Shown here piece by piece: positions 41,181-54,986 of a stretch of 64,000 nt of DNA. The notes under the pieces are model-generated. The model searched no databases. It was not told the DNA's origin and was given only the letters and a program-made list of their open reading frames with translations. Source of the DNA: Eledone cirrhosa (lineage: Eukaryota); contig OZ024740.1 in assembly GCA_964016885.1 (NCBI GenBank), positions 393,886,001 to 393,950,000 on the forward strand, in the 5' to 3' direction. The translations under genes and the position numbers were made by a program. How positions within the stretch are numbered: the first letter of the stretch is position 1; each line of letters opens with the position of its first letter.

Positions 41181-41225
<45 letters not shown>

Positions 41226-41251
41226 CACAACCACCACCATAACTACCCCCC

Positions 41252-41294
<43 letters not shown>

Positions 41295-41658
41295 AACCAC
41301 CACCACCACCACCACCACCACCACCACCACCACCACTACTACTACTACTACTACCACCACCACCACCACCACCACCACCACCACCACCACTACTACTACT
41401 ACCACCACCACCACCACCACCACCACCACCACCACCACCACCACCACTACTACTACTACCACCACCACCACCACCACCACCACCACCACTACTACTACTA
41501 CCACCACCACCACCACCACCACCACCACCACCACCACCACCACCACCACCACCACCACTACTACTACCACCACCACCACCACCACCACCACTACCACCAC
41601 CACCACCACCACCACCACCACCACCACTACTACTACTACCACCACCACCACCACCACC

Positions 41659-41703
<45 letters not shown>
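41035..41703. repeat. (CAC)n/(TAC)n/(CRT)n compound microsatellite
   Basis: Direct reading. Confidence 0.95.
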
Positions 41704-41704
<1 letters not shown>

Positions 41705-42065
41705 TATGATGAACCATCCTCTGTTAGTATCACCTCTAATATTTATGGTAATATCATTCCCCAAACAACCGCTATTACTTACGCTGCACCCTTCGTCTCC
41801 TCTTATATCGATTCAACAAATAGAAATCGAGAAAATAAGTACCAGGAAGAAATAAGTATTGGTGTCAATACGATCGACTGTAAAGGTGGTGCTCCAGTAT
41901 GACCGCAGTCAGAAACCAGTAAAGAAATACCAGGATATTAACAACGTAACAACGCTCTCTAAAGAGTTAAGCTTTGTCTGGTGGTGAATCACAAATCCTA
42001 TTAAGGGTAGACATTTCAAACATAACCATTGTGGTATATACATAAATAGAAACAAATATTTACAA

Positions 42066-42127
<62 letters not shown>

Positions 42128-42245
42128 AATTAAGATAGATTAAAAGAATTCAATCAGAATCGAAATTGTGGGTGTCATTCCTTAACGGAATGCGCCATAT
42201 CGCCCGGAAAATAAGCTCTAGGACTTTGTAGGTACGAGCATTTAA

Positions 42246-42791
42246 TAATAACTAGGAATTGATCAACATATATATAAATAAATATAAACATGAAAAATCA
42301 CAGGAGATAATTTCTACCAATTAATCAGATGGTAAGTCACGGAAAGTGGATATTATTGGATTATCAACAAGGAAGAATAAAATCAAGCGATCCATGTTTA
42401 CACTTCGAGTCAAAATCTTAAACTGGCCGTTACCACGTCTTGATATTACACATCACAGCGGCTTCGTTTCAATGGCGTGAATAGGTATTCGACAACTAGA
42501 AATAGCAGTCAATTCCCTTCAACAGAGTTAGCTCTACAATTAAGGAGCAGTATTTATATATCTATATCCAAAATTAAGATAGATTACCATCTGATTAATT
42601 GGTGAAATATATTTCTTTAATGAAATATATACAGGGAAGATTAATCATTAAAAGGTATATATTTTTGAAGTTCTAGTTAACTTTATTTACTTGTTACCTG
42701 CTAACCATGCGTGGTTACACGCTTGTAGAAATTATCTCCTGTGATTTTTCATGTTTATATTTATTTATATATATGTTGATCAATTCCTAGT

Positions 42792-42796
<5 letters not shown>
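42246..42796. mobile_element. Element bounded by ~72-bp inverted repeats, near (TA)n tracts
   Basis: 42246-42317 and 42725-42796 are reverse complements. There is an internal inverted copy of ttaccatctgattaattggt (~42316-42335 versus ~42584-42603). Confidence 0.75.
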
Positions 42797-42841
<45 letters not shown>

Positions 42842-44464
42842 CAGGGAAGCGGTGTCACCCGGTTATCTGTCTATTGAAATATGACAAGTAACCGAATTTA
42901 ACTAACATATTCTTCTCTCCCCACCGCCCCGGCGGACAGAATGGAGAAGGCGTTTCCCCGGAGGATGGCAAGGGAGATAAAGCCTATTTGTTCATTGAAT
43001 ATTCTGCCACCGATTCTATACTGACAGACACGATTTAAAATGGCTTAGTCCACCCAACAGTCTCTTAATTTAGCAGATATATGTTGTTATTTGACCAGAC
43101 ATATGATTAAAGGAATTACAGCATTGCCCAAATCATCCTTATTTAAGAATATTTTCACTTTTAATACGGCTTGAGGAAGATTTGAATGCTATTTCTAGCA
43201 AACTACCACATAGAGGCTCTCTCAGTAGGAAGTGGTAAAGTAATAATTGACAGCGTTGTATTATTGATGATCTTAGTTGGCATTTTTATTAGTTGGCATG
43301 AAGAAAAGAAATATAGCCCAAAGCCTTTATTGAGCCTTCTTTATTGGTGAAGTTAATGTTTAGCTTGAAGTAATGCAAGATTAGAATTAAACACGGCCAG
43401 TTATTGTTTTGTGAAGGAAGGGGCGGTGAAGTGTTTCGTTGGAGGTTTGGGGTGAAGTGCTGTTGGACGGATGTAAGTGCGTATATGTGTCAAGGGTGGG
43501 GCAACACTTTGATACTTCATATGAGCAGAAACCATAGCTGTAGTGGTAGAAGAGACAAAATAAGGGCTTATCAGATCTGAGCTAGAGCTTTTAAAATGTT
43601 GCTGAGTGGAAAATTGCTTATCAGTTAGTAATACTGTTTTGAATGTGGTCTAGAATATTAATGTATGGCACTTCAATGACACAGTATGGCCGAATGGTTA
43701 AAGAGTTCACTTCAAAAACATTAGGACGCGGTTCGATCCCACTACGTGGTGTCATGGAAAAGTGTCACTTACCCATTCTTTACGAGTGAAATTGCAGAGA
43801 CGGAAATTGTTTGGAAGTTCATCGGACGGATTATACCTGTAACACAAAGTGTCAGTCTAGTCACGCTATCTCATTGAATCTCGCCGAGAATTACGTTAGG
43901 AGTACACGTGTCTGTGGAATGCTCAGAAACTTTCACGTATATTCCATGAGCAGACTGTTTCCTTGTTCGAACAACTGGAACACTAATCGTCGAAAGCGAC
44001 GGCGATCCATTCCGTATTGCATCTACGAATATATATCTGTATTTTAATGGCAGTGAGTTCAAATCTACCCATAAAGGATGGGTTCTGTCAGGTTGACTTG
44101 ACCTAGATATACTACATTAAATCGAATTCTTTCAGTAGCATTTCCCGATATATCGATACTTTGTATTTTAATGATTTATTTCATTACTGCTATAAACCAA
44201 GATTAATCTATTTGCCTCGTAAACAACATGAACATCTAAAATATTCATACAAAGTATCATTCAAACGTCCCAATAATTTGCTTCCCTCCAGTTGGTTTTA
44301 AAACAATGTTTTAGTATGAAATATATCTTTTATATAAGTCTTCTACTTTCGCAAAAGCAAAGTATTGCATTTCAGAGGCCATTTCTTTCACACTGTTTTT
44401 CTTATTATTCTTTGTTATATTCCCTTTCTATGGTTATATTTATTAATGTACAACTAGTTAAAAC

Positions 44465-45055
<591 letters not shown>

Positions 45056-46149
45056 AAAAAAAATAATATATATATACACACACACATATATATACACACA
45101 CATAAAAACCCAGTTTCGTGGAAACAGTATAAAGTCAATATATTTTTGTAGGTTAGTCAACCATCAGGATACCTATTTGTATATATTTTAGGAGAAGCAG
45201 CAAGGCAATACTGGGATAGAGTTAAACAAGAAATAAAAAAAGAAATATTAAATACCAAAATGTCTTGAACGGATTTGAAGAAAAAGAGCCTATCGTGTAA
45301 TGCTAGAACCTTAGGTTTATTAGGGAAAATAATACAGTTAATGATATAGATTGTAACACAAAGAAAATAGAAATAAATGTATGAACCAATGGAGAGTGAA
45401 AGAATAAATCAAGACGTGTGAGGCGGGAATGTTGTTGAAAATAAAGGTAAGAGTTAACAGCGAAGAAAGGAAAATAACACTGTGAAACAAGAAAGATAAG
45501 GAAAATTGTAGAGCTGAAAATTTAACATATGTAGCAGAGGAATACAATGTCAGAAATCGGCTGCAGTTTAATGACAAGTGTTGCTTTCGCTGAGAATCGT
45601 TTGCATTGTTATAATTCAAGATTGTTTGATTTATAGCTTTCGTCATGCTAAAAGCTGTATTTATATTGAATGGCGAACAAGAAGAATCGAGGAAAGCTTT
45701 TTCATAGCGACAAAGAATGAAGAAAATATAATAAAGACGAAATGAGAGAAAATGTAAAAGAAAAAAAGTAAAAGTGTGGGAAGAAAAAGAAAAACATTAC
45801 TAGATGGCGCTGTGAATTGAAAGAAAGATTTCGTGACAAAGAATCTGTAGCGACTTGACTACGATAAATTTCATGTGTTTACAGTTTTTTCGCCAACAAT
45901 TTGATGCTTTGGAATCATACTTAAAATATTCATATAATAAGAATTTGTAAATTGACACATACAATATGGTAATACCATAAAGGATAAGCAACGGCAGTAC
46001 AGCTGTAATTCAATGTAGGGCTACCAGCCCAGATCGATTTCTTTAACATGAGAAACGATGAAATATTTCATCCGGACACTCACGAATTTACTTTGACGAT
46101 GGGGAGGGGGGGGTTGTTACAAATACGATCATTACATCATTTATATCTG

Positions 46150-46152
46150 TAT

Positions 46153-46186
<34 letters not shown>

Positions 46187-46359
46187 GCTGCCACCACCAC
46201 CACCACCACCTCTACTACTACTACTATCACCACCACCACCACCACTACTACTACTACTACCGCTACCACCACCACCACCACCCTACCACCACTACTATTA
46301 CTACTACCACCACCATCGCCGCCGCCACCACTACCAACAACACCACCACCACCACCACC

Positions 46360-46416
<57 letters not shown>

Positions 46417-46515
46417 TCTACTGGTACTACTACTACTACTACTACTATCACCACCACCACCACCACTACTACTACTACTACCGCTACCACCACCACCACC
46501 ACCCTACCACCACTG

Positions 46516-46605
<90 letters not shown>

Positions 46606-46660
46606 TCGCCGCCGCCACCACCACCACAACCAGTACTACTACTACTACTACTACTACTAT
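46150..46660. repeat. (TAC)n/(CAC)n compound microsatellite with an internal higher-order duplication
   Basis: The blocks accgctaccaccacc...cccta and accatcgccgccgccacc each occur twice. Confidence 0.9.
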
Positions 46661-46756
46661 TTTGTTTCTCATTTGCGACAGACGTACTTATATCGGCTCC
46701 AGTAAGTTTGTTGATTTAAGTTGTTTAAAATTGTTATTTATTGAAATATGTTTGTT

Positions 46757-47703
46757 ATAAACTGTAAACAGGACACCACATGTTGCCGCTAATAAACTGT
46801 AAACAGGACACCACATGTTGCCGCTAATAAACTGTAAACAGGGCACCACATATTGCCGCTAATAAACTGTAAACAGGGCACCACATATTGCCGCTAATAA
46901 ACTGTAAACAGGGCACCACATATTGCCGCTAATAAACTGTAAACAGGACACCACGTATTGCCGCTAATAAACTGTAAACAGGACACCACATATTGCCGCT
47001 AATAAACTGTAAACAGGACACCACACATTGCCGCTAATAAACTGTAAACAGGACACCACACATTGCCGCTAATAAACCGTAAACAGGACACCACATATTG
47101 CCGCTAATAAACTGTAAACAGGGCACCACATATTGCCGCTAATAAACTGTAAACAGGGCACCACATATTGCCGCTAATAAACTGTAAACAGGACACCACG
47201 TATTGCCGCTAATAAACTGTAAACAGGGCACCACATATTGCCGCTAATAAACTGTAAACAGGACACCACACATTGCCGCTAATAAACTGTAAACAGGACA
47301 CCACACATTGCCGCTAATAAACTGTAAACAGGGCACCACATATTGCCGCTAATAAACTGTAAACAGGACACCACACATTGCCGCTAATAAACTGTAAACA
47401 GGACACCACACATTGCCGCTAATAAACTGTAAACAGGACACCACACATTGCCGCTAATAAACTGTAAACAGGACACCACACATTGCCGCTAATAAACTGT
47501 AAACAGGACACCACACATTGCCGCTAATAAACTGTAAACAGGACACCACACATTGCCGCTAATAAACTGTAAACAGGACACCACACATTGCCGCTAATAA
47601 ACTGTAAACAGGACACCACACATTGCCGCTAATAAACTGTAAACAGGACACCACACATTGCCGCTAATAAACTGTAAACAGGACACCACATATTGCCGCT
47701 AAT
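46757..47703. repeat. Minisatellite: 27 copies of a 35-bp unit
   Basis: Unit ataaactgtaaacaggacaccacatattgccgcta. Spacing is exactly 35 bp and only a few positions vary (gga/ggg; cat/cac/cgt). Confidence 0.97.
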
Positions 47704-48299
47704 GAGAGCGACTCAATAATATTTGAACCTTATTTTCCATTTACAGACAGACAAGCGTTTAAACATGGAAACGACCTGCTGCTCCCCATCCAGCCAACTG
47801 TCTGGCAGTGTCTCGGTCGACATAACGTCATCAGCTCCACCAGCAGCATTACGGCGACGACCACCACCACTCTTACTAACACCAATAGAGGTACTACCAC
47901 TACCATCACTGCCACCACCAACAACAACTACAAAACAATTAGAACTCAGCAACAGCAACAATAACACTAAAGGTAACAGAAACGTCGGCGACAAAATTCT
48001 TACAATAAAAGTATATAAAAATGGCTATTCCGTATTTCCCGCATCCAACACCACCACCACCAACACCGCCACCACCTCCATCAAGTCCAGAGAATCAAAA
48101 CAAAAAATAAACATAACCCAAAACTGCAGCAATACTAATACCACTTCCGCCACCACCATCACCACCACCTAAAGCGCTGGCACAAATAAGAGTATGAACA
48201 ATACCAATAATTGTTTCTATTTTTGGCACAAGGCCAGGAATTATCCAACAAATACCCAGTGTATTATTGGTACTTTAATAACAATAATGGCAGTAAGCG

Positions 48300-49270
48300 T
48301 AACAACAACAAAAGCAACTGCAACAACAAAATAACGCAGACCTGTCAACCGCGTATATCGACCCGGCGACATAGCAGAGTGTGATCCTTCACAACACAAC
48401 ACAGAAGAATCCCTCAAAAGCAGCTTTTTTTTTCGCAGGGGCAAAGAAAGATATGGAAACAAAAGTGTGAACGAAAATGAAAGAAGAGAGGTTAAGCGGA
48501 TGATAAAAAGGAGGGGCCAATTTCACACCTCCATCCGACGTGCTGGAAAACCAGATATTTGGAGTGAAGCCACGCCGATTGGAGCGCACCACTGAGTTTC
48601 AGATCCCAAAGGCTTTCAGTTGCGTTTAGGAACGCAAAACGTTTTTTCAAAACCCCTGAGGAAGCCAGATGACACACCCTCATACCACTGAGGTTGGGCT
48701 CTGATCAACTTAAATGAATCAGTGAGTCTACGGCACCTCCTAATTTTCCTTGACGCTAAGCAGATATAGTCGCCGTTCGCTAGACACATTTACCCCCAGC
48801 TAATCTCCTTGATGGAGCTGCAGTCCTGGATCAAGCGAAGAGCGAGAGGGAGCGCTTGGAGACTAGAGTGTTTTCAAGCGCTCACAGCCCTTAGCCAATC
48901 GTGCATTACGATCGGAGAAAATCAGGGCGGAAAGAGAAGTGCTGCCTTCCATCCAGTTTGTTGAAAGGTGGCCCGAGTAAATAGGCCTCTTCTGAGTTTG
49001 CGCCTGCAGACTGGAGGAGGACAACTGTGAGACGGTACTTGCTTTAGTGTTTAGGGTGACCATTGATTTTTGTGGGATTTTCCCATGTGTGACCCTTGGA
49101 AGTCCCTCCTATTGGGGAATTTATTTTGTTTGAAGTTTTGTTTTCCACGTTTTTGTTAAATACCTTTTATACGCCAAAACCCACATTGTACCGTCCTTTG
49201 CAATCTTTAATATTTTCTTAATGTGAGATCTTCCTGTCTAATAAAGAAATCATCATTATTATTATTATCA
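48300..49270 (+). mobile_element. Internally deleted L1/Tx1-family derivative
   Basis: 48770-48990 matches the ORF2 C-terminal segments PQLISLMELQSWIKRR, WRLECFQALTAL and REVLPSIQFVERW. The 3' UTR ends with aataaagaaatcatcattattatt. Confidence 0.7.
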
Positions 49271-49677
49271 GTAGAACGTTGGGCAACATGCTCTGCTGTA
49301 TAGTGTAACGACTATTTACGTTCTGAGTTCAAATCCCGACGAGTTTAGCTTTGCCTTTCATCCTTACTAAGTCGATACAATAAATACCAATAATACACTG
49401 GGGTCAAGTTAATCGTCTTTCTCCACCCCCAAATTGTTCCCCTTGTGCCTAAATCAGAAACCACTATTATTATTGTTACTGATTAGGGCGTCGGACAAAA
49501 TGCTTTGAGGCATTTAGTTACGGCGTTTTCCATTCCGAGTTCAAATCCCACCTACATTAATTTGCCTTTCATCCTTCTGGGATCATCAAAATAAAGTACC
49601 ATGTACAGGGGTCGATATATTCAACCTTCAACTCCTTCAAATTGGTATCCTTGTGTCTGAATTAGAAACCGTTATTA
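49270..49677 (+). mobile_element. Two tandem diverged SINEs (longer subfamily)
   Basis: Two gagttcaaatccc B-boxes (~49325 and ~49537), each followed by ttgcctttcatcctt and a tail ending agaaacc. Confidence 0.75.
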
Positions 49678-49921
49678 TAGTACTTGTTTACACAAAGTCT
49701 GCGTCACCACAGCTCCTTAGTTTTCTTACTTGTTACCTGCCTCTGACCGTTTGTTTTTGGAAATCATTACCAGATATTGTGGATAAACTCTGTGTCTATA
49801 TAAGAAACGACCATAAATGTCAAGCCCTAAGGGGCACTTTTACCCATTTACCCAGAATTTTTTCAACATGGTGTCAAAAGAACATGGAGGAGGAGGACGA
49901 AAGTTAAAACTTTATGCCTTA

Positions 49922-50100
49922 ATAATTATTTCTACTTTTGGCACAAGGCCAGCAATTACCTTAGTGCATTACTGGTACTTTATTTTATCGACCCTATAAG
50001 GATGAAAGGTTAAGTTAACCTCGACGGGATTTGAACTCAGAACGTAAAGGGCCATAACTCTATGCTGCAAAGCATAGTGTCTGATGCTCTACTAATACAG
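49922..50100 (-). mobile_element. tRNA-derived SINE (main family)
   Basis: Consensus match on the minus strand. Confidence 0.88.
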
Positions 50101-52113
50101 CGAATAATAACCAATTTCCACGAATAACTGTGACCGCCATCACCTCTACTACCAAGACTGCAAGAACAACAGTAAAAGCTAGAACTAGTTTACATTATCA
50201 TTTAAATATAAATCTCTAGATATGATAACATTTATTTGACTCAGTCTAATACAGGTATACCCTTAATTCATATGTAACAAGAAAAACCTTTTTGCTAAAT
50301 TTAAAATTTGATTTTGCAAAAAGAACGTCACTCAAAATAAAGTCATTATATTATATCAATTGTACTCTCCCGCCAAATATATAAATTTGTCTACAATATA
50401 ATTCTTTTTACAGTAACTGAAAAAATATCCCCTAACATTTAGAACGATTTTGTCTTTAGGGAATATGTTGCTGGAATATGAACGTGGTGAAACCCATTTC
50501 GCCCCAAAATAATTATGGATTTGACGTCTAAGATGTACTGTATGAAGTGCACTTATACTGAAATTACTCAAACGAGTATCGAATCTGTATAACAGAGTTA
50601 TATTGCATGGAAATGACCACCATTCTACAGTGTTCGCATTATAGCCTGCTTATCTCTCCATAAATCGATTAATCATTGGTAACGTTAATTAGTAACAAGT
50701 AAATAAATATAAAAATTACACAAAAAATATTTTTAACTACTAAATTCTCCTGAAGTGGATTTCTTTTAATTATCATGGGGAAAATTGTTTTTCTGATTAT
50801 AAAAAAAAAAAAAGAATTGCTTTGCTTCAAAATACACAATCAATAGAAAGATCGAATGGAATAAATCGAAGTGAAATTGCCTCATGGAGGATTATTGATT
50901 TATTTCTGAATTTTGTTCTGAGTAATTTCCAAATAATAATTGACAGATTTCATCATTTCAAAATTTGATGTCCTCCATCTTGACTAATGTTGATTTGACC
51001 GAAGGGTCACAAATTATAAAATGAGTGAATACAAAAATAAACAGACCAGCGTAGAGGGAAGGACTATAAAAATACAATAATGGGAGAGAAATACCCTTCA
51101 CCTTAAAAATCTTTTATTTTAGCTGCCTTGCTGGAATTCTTGATCTTAGTTTGTCAGCCTGAATATTCGAATAAAGAATTACGAGTCCATTCAAATTATT
51201 GTTTTTATTTGGAAAAAGTAAGGTGCTGAACAGAAGCAGCCGAGCACCACACCAAATCCTTCACAGCATTTAATTATATCCCACTAACCTTCTCGATTCA
51301 GATCCCATTAAAGTGAACTTTGTCAGCAGTCTATGTTCGATAAAATATGCACCAGTTACATACTGAATTCAATTCAATCGACTATATCCTTTCCTGAAAA
51401 TATAGCATCAGGATAATCTTATAATAGATATATGTAATAATTTACAGAGTCAGATAGCGGAATTCGTTCCGAATTTCTGCTCTCTCTCTCTCTGATTTCA
51501 AATTCCAACGTGGTTAACTATTTCCTTTCATCCTTTCGAAGTCGCTAAAAAAAAAGTACCAGTCCAGTACTAGGGTTAATTCTTCCTTTATACCCCTTTT
51601 TCACTACCCGCGCTCTCTCTTCTTCTCTGGAAGAAATTGGCTTTGTTCCGACCTGGAGAGAGGATGGGCACTGTTAGGTTTAAAATGTTATAGGCACGCG
51701 TTGTATGCCATGACGGTACCACTACGACGCCATCGGGATCTATACACATTAGAAGACAAGGATTTAGCAGATTCAGTACCACATTACATTCAATATTTTG
51801 TCTCATTACTTCGTTCAAATCCCATTAAAACCAGCAGAAATCTAGCAGAACTTGAATCAAAAGAACTTCAGTCAGAATCATGGCGGCTTTTCTTTTCAGA
51901 TATAGCATTGTCTATGATAATATTATCTAATGTATCCATTAATTTTCTTAAAATAGTAGAGTACGATATGAGGCACAATCTGGCTACTATTTGTACTTGG
52001 TTGGGCCTCATTAGCTGTTTGTCAGTTTATTAAATAGTAGTAGGTATAGCACAATAAATTTAGTAGTAGTAGTAGTAGTGGTGGTAGTAGTAATAGTAGT
52101 AGTAGTAGTAGTA

Positions 52114-52165
<52 letters not shown>

Positions 52166-52392
52166 GTTTAGATGTGATGAAGGTGACCCAACGAATCTAT
52201 CGAGTGTTCAGTGCCCTTAGACAGATAATTTTCTATGTATATTAAACCATATATTTTCATATATACAATTACAATTTGAACTTGATTTTGTACCTATATT
52301 CTGGAGCTTCTATATGGCATGTTTCTTTTTAGATACAGAACTTAATTTCTCACTGATCGCTCGTTTCTGAATAATCATATCATAGCAGATTT

Positions 52393-52583
52393 GAAAAAGA
52401 AAAGAAAAGAAAAGAAAAGAAAAGAAAAGAAAAGAAAAGAAAAGAAAAGAAAAGAAAAGAAAAGAAAAGAAAAGAAAAGAAAAGAAAAGAAAAGAAAAGA
52501 AAAGAAAAGAAAAGAAAAGAAAAGAAAAGAAAAGAAAAGAAAAGAAAAGAAAAGAAAAGAGAAGAAAAGAAAAGAAAAGAAAA
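52393..52583. repeat. (GAAAA)n pentanucleotide microsatellite
   Basis: Direct reading. Confidence 0.95.
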
Positions 52584-52751
52584 CATCAAACCAACGAGCG
52601 AAGCTATACATGTTCGCCTGATCAGCTGTAAATAGGATAAAATCTCATTCAAATCACGCTACTCTTTTCTTAAAAAAAACGACAATATAATCCTAGATAT
52701 ATAAAATGGCAAGATAGTCACGATTTGGAATGCCTTTTGTCATAGATGAGA

Positions 52752-52990
52752 AGGCGTGTAGCTGAGTGGTTAGAGAATTGGATTCACAATCTTGAGGTTG
52801 TGAGTTCGATTCCTGGACCGGGGGATGCGTTATGTCCTTGAGCAAGACACCTTATTTCACGTTGCTCCTTCTTACCTGGATTTGCGACCGATAGATTGTA
52901 TTAGCAACTGGAAAGACCGACGGAAACATTGTTTCCTCGGTCCGATTTGACGAAAGTCGATCGATCCTTTGAAAAGGAAATGGTAAGTCA
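52752..52990 (+). mobile_element. Second tRNA-derived SINE family
   Basis: A-box tagctgagtgg and B-box gagttcgattcc, then the central motif tgtccttgagcaagacac. Weaker relatives lie near 40690, 43685 and 61100. Confidence 0.7.
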
Positions 52991-53096
52991 CGGGTGCTAA
53001 AACAAATTACAACAGAAAATTCCAGTACTATTATGCATATAAACAACACCTTAAAAAAAAGTGTATATTCCAATGTATTCCAAAACTTTCTTTGGG

Positions 53097-53492
53097 CAGG
53101 AGACATTTGTACCCTTTAAGTATATTAACAAATGGAAACTATATTTATAAAATCATATTTATTTCATTATACATATTTCAAGGGCCACCAAGGCAAACTA
53201 TGGTGCGCTTTCATCAGATAAAATATAATATAGGTTAGTTTGCCTTGGTGGCTCTTGAAATAAATATGGTTTTATAAATATAGTTTCCATTTGTTAATAT
53301 GTTGTATATTTACTCCAATAATTTGTTGAGTGCTTTATATCAGTTATAAAAATATTTTGCTTGTTGTATCCCAACAATTAAATATAACCTCTACACACAC
53401 ACATATATATATATATGTACTATATTTATTAAAATAACAGATTAAAGTTTAAGCAAAGAATTTAACCCTTAACGGGATCTTCTAAAAATAAC

Positions 53493-53574
<82 letters not shown>

Positions 53575-54100
53575 AATATATATATATACTTAAAGGGTAC
53601 AAATGTTTCCTGACTCCTGTGTATATATATTTATATATTTACTTTATTCTTAACTCTGAAGCCGAGAATCATTCGGTTTCCTAGTTAGAATTTTAGTCTA
53701 CGACTTCAGTTATACCATTTACGTGGTTTTGTCTTTGCGTGCAATTGTTCTCCACGATCCACATAATGACGTATTATCTTCGTTTTTTCAGTTCATTGCC
53801 AGAAAACCACCAAATAGAATATTAGTCTACGACTTCTTATTACCATAAACGTGGTTTTGTCTTTGCGTGTAATTGTTTTTCACCGCTCCAAATAATGAAG
53901 TATTATCTTCGTTTTTTCCCGTTCTTTGCCAGGGAACGTTTCCACGAACCAAAGTATCGTCTTCTTGTCTTCCTCCGATTGCAACATTTTTTGAAATATT
54001 TACTTCTGCGTTCACAGATTGACTTTGTTAGTTTCAGAAGATCCCGTTAAGGGTGAAAGCAGCGATTCTTTGCTTAAACTTTAATCTGTTATTTTAATAA

Positions 54101-54105
<5 letters not shown>
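53097..54105. mobile_element. Cluster of nested fold-back / Penelope-like termini around (TA)n
   Basis: Inverted pairs: 53123-53200 / 53236-53300, ~53097-53122 / ~53587-53612, and ~53424-53482 / ~54036-54103. A tandem duplication occupies 53645-53945. Confidence 0.7.
53160..53225 (-). ncRNA. Minimal type I hammerhead ribozyme, family B
   Basis: The minus strand reads tattttat CTGATGA aagcgcacca-tagtttgcct-tggtggccctt GAAA tatgtata atgaaata. Stem I has 8/8 pairs, including one G-U. Confidence 0.8.
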
Positions 54106-54148
<43 letters not shown>

Positions 54149-54584
54149 GCCATTTTATATATATATAGCTTACTGTCCACGAAAGAAACATCTAGACTAC
54201 AACTGAAAAAAGAGTCATTATGTAATAATGTACAACATATTAAAATGTATATATATATATATATATGTGTTGTTATTCCTGTTTACCTTTTACATACATA
54301 TATACATATATATGTGTGTTTGCGTGTATGTGTGTGTGCGTGTGTGTGTCTGTGTATGTGTGTATGTGTGTGTCTGTGTTAACGCACAGGCGTATTTGCA
54401 GCATGCATTCGTGTTTAGAGATATTGAAAGTGAAAGATGAATAATAATAACTTCAGTATTTAATAAAACTTGAAATACCCGAGATGCATATTTTTTTTAA
54501 TAAAATACTGACACTTATGAATCTGTACGAATATATATAGATGTGTATATATATATATAAATGTGTATGTAGATATATATTTAT

Positions 54585-54656
<72 letters not shown>

Positions 54657-54677
54657 ATATATATATATAAAATATAT

Positions 54678-54715
<38 letters not shown>

Positions 54716-54986
54716 CCATACAAATTCATACATGTCTGCAATCTAAAGCTGCATAAACGTTATGGAATAATCAATCAATATGCAATATATTCTAGGATTT
54801 TATATAAATCTTGAATAATAACGGTAAAAGAATTATAGAGCTAAATACAAGAGAAAGAAAATTTTATTATCAACAAATCTCTAATAAATCTTATTACCAG
54901 GATTGTAAATACTCTTCAGTAATACACACATACATACATCTATCTATCAGTCAATAAATCTATCTGTCTATCTATCTATATATCAA

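Noticed and set aside
40980-41855. Poly-His/Tyr, poly-Thr and poly-Val ORFs (also at 46048-46719)
   Set aside because: These are trinucleotide microsatellites that are open in most frames, with no splice or coding context.
46757-47703. CRISPR array
   Set aside because: Units are contiguous with no unique spacers, there are no cas genes, and the context is eukaryotic.
52375-52652. Lys/Arg/Glu-rich and Phe/Ser/Leu-rich ORFs
   Set aside because: These are translations of (GAAAA)n.
52752-52825. Functional tRNA gene
   Set aside because: The acceptor stem does not close and the sequence continues into a SINE body.
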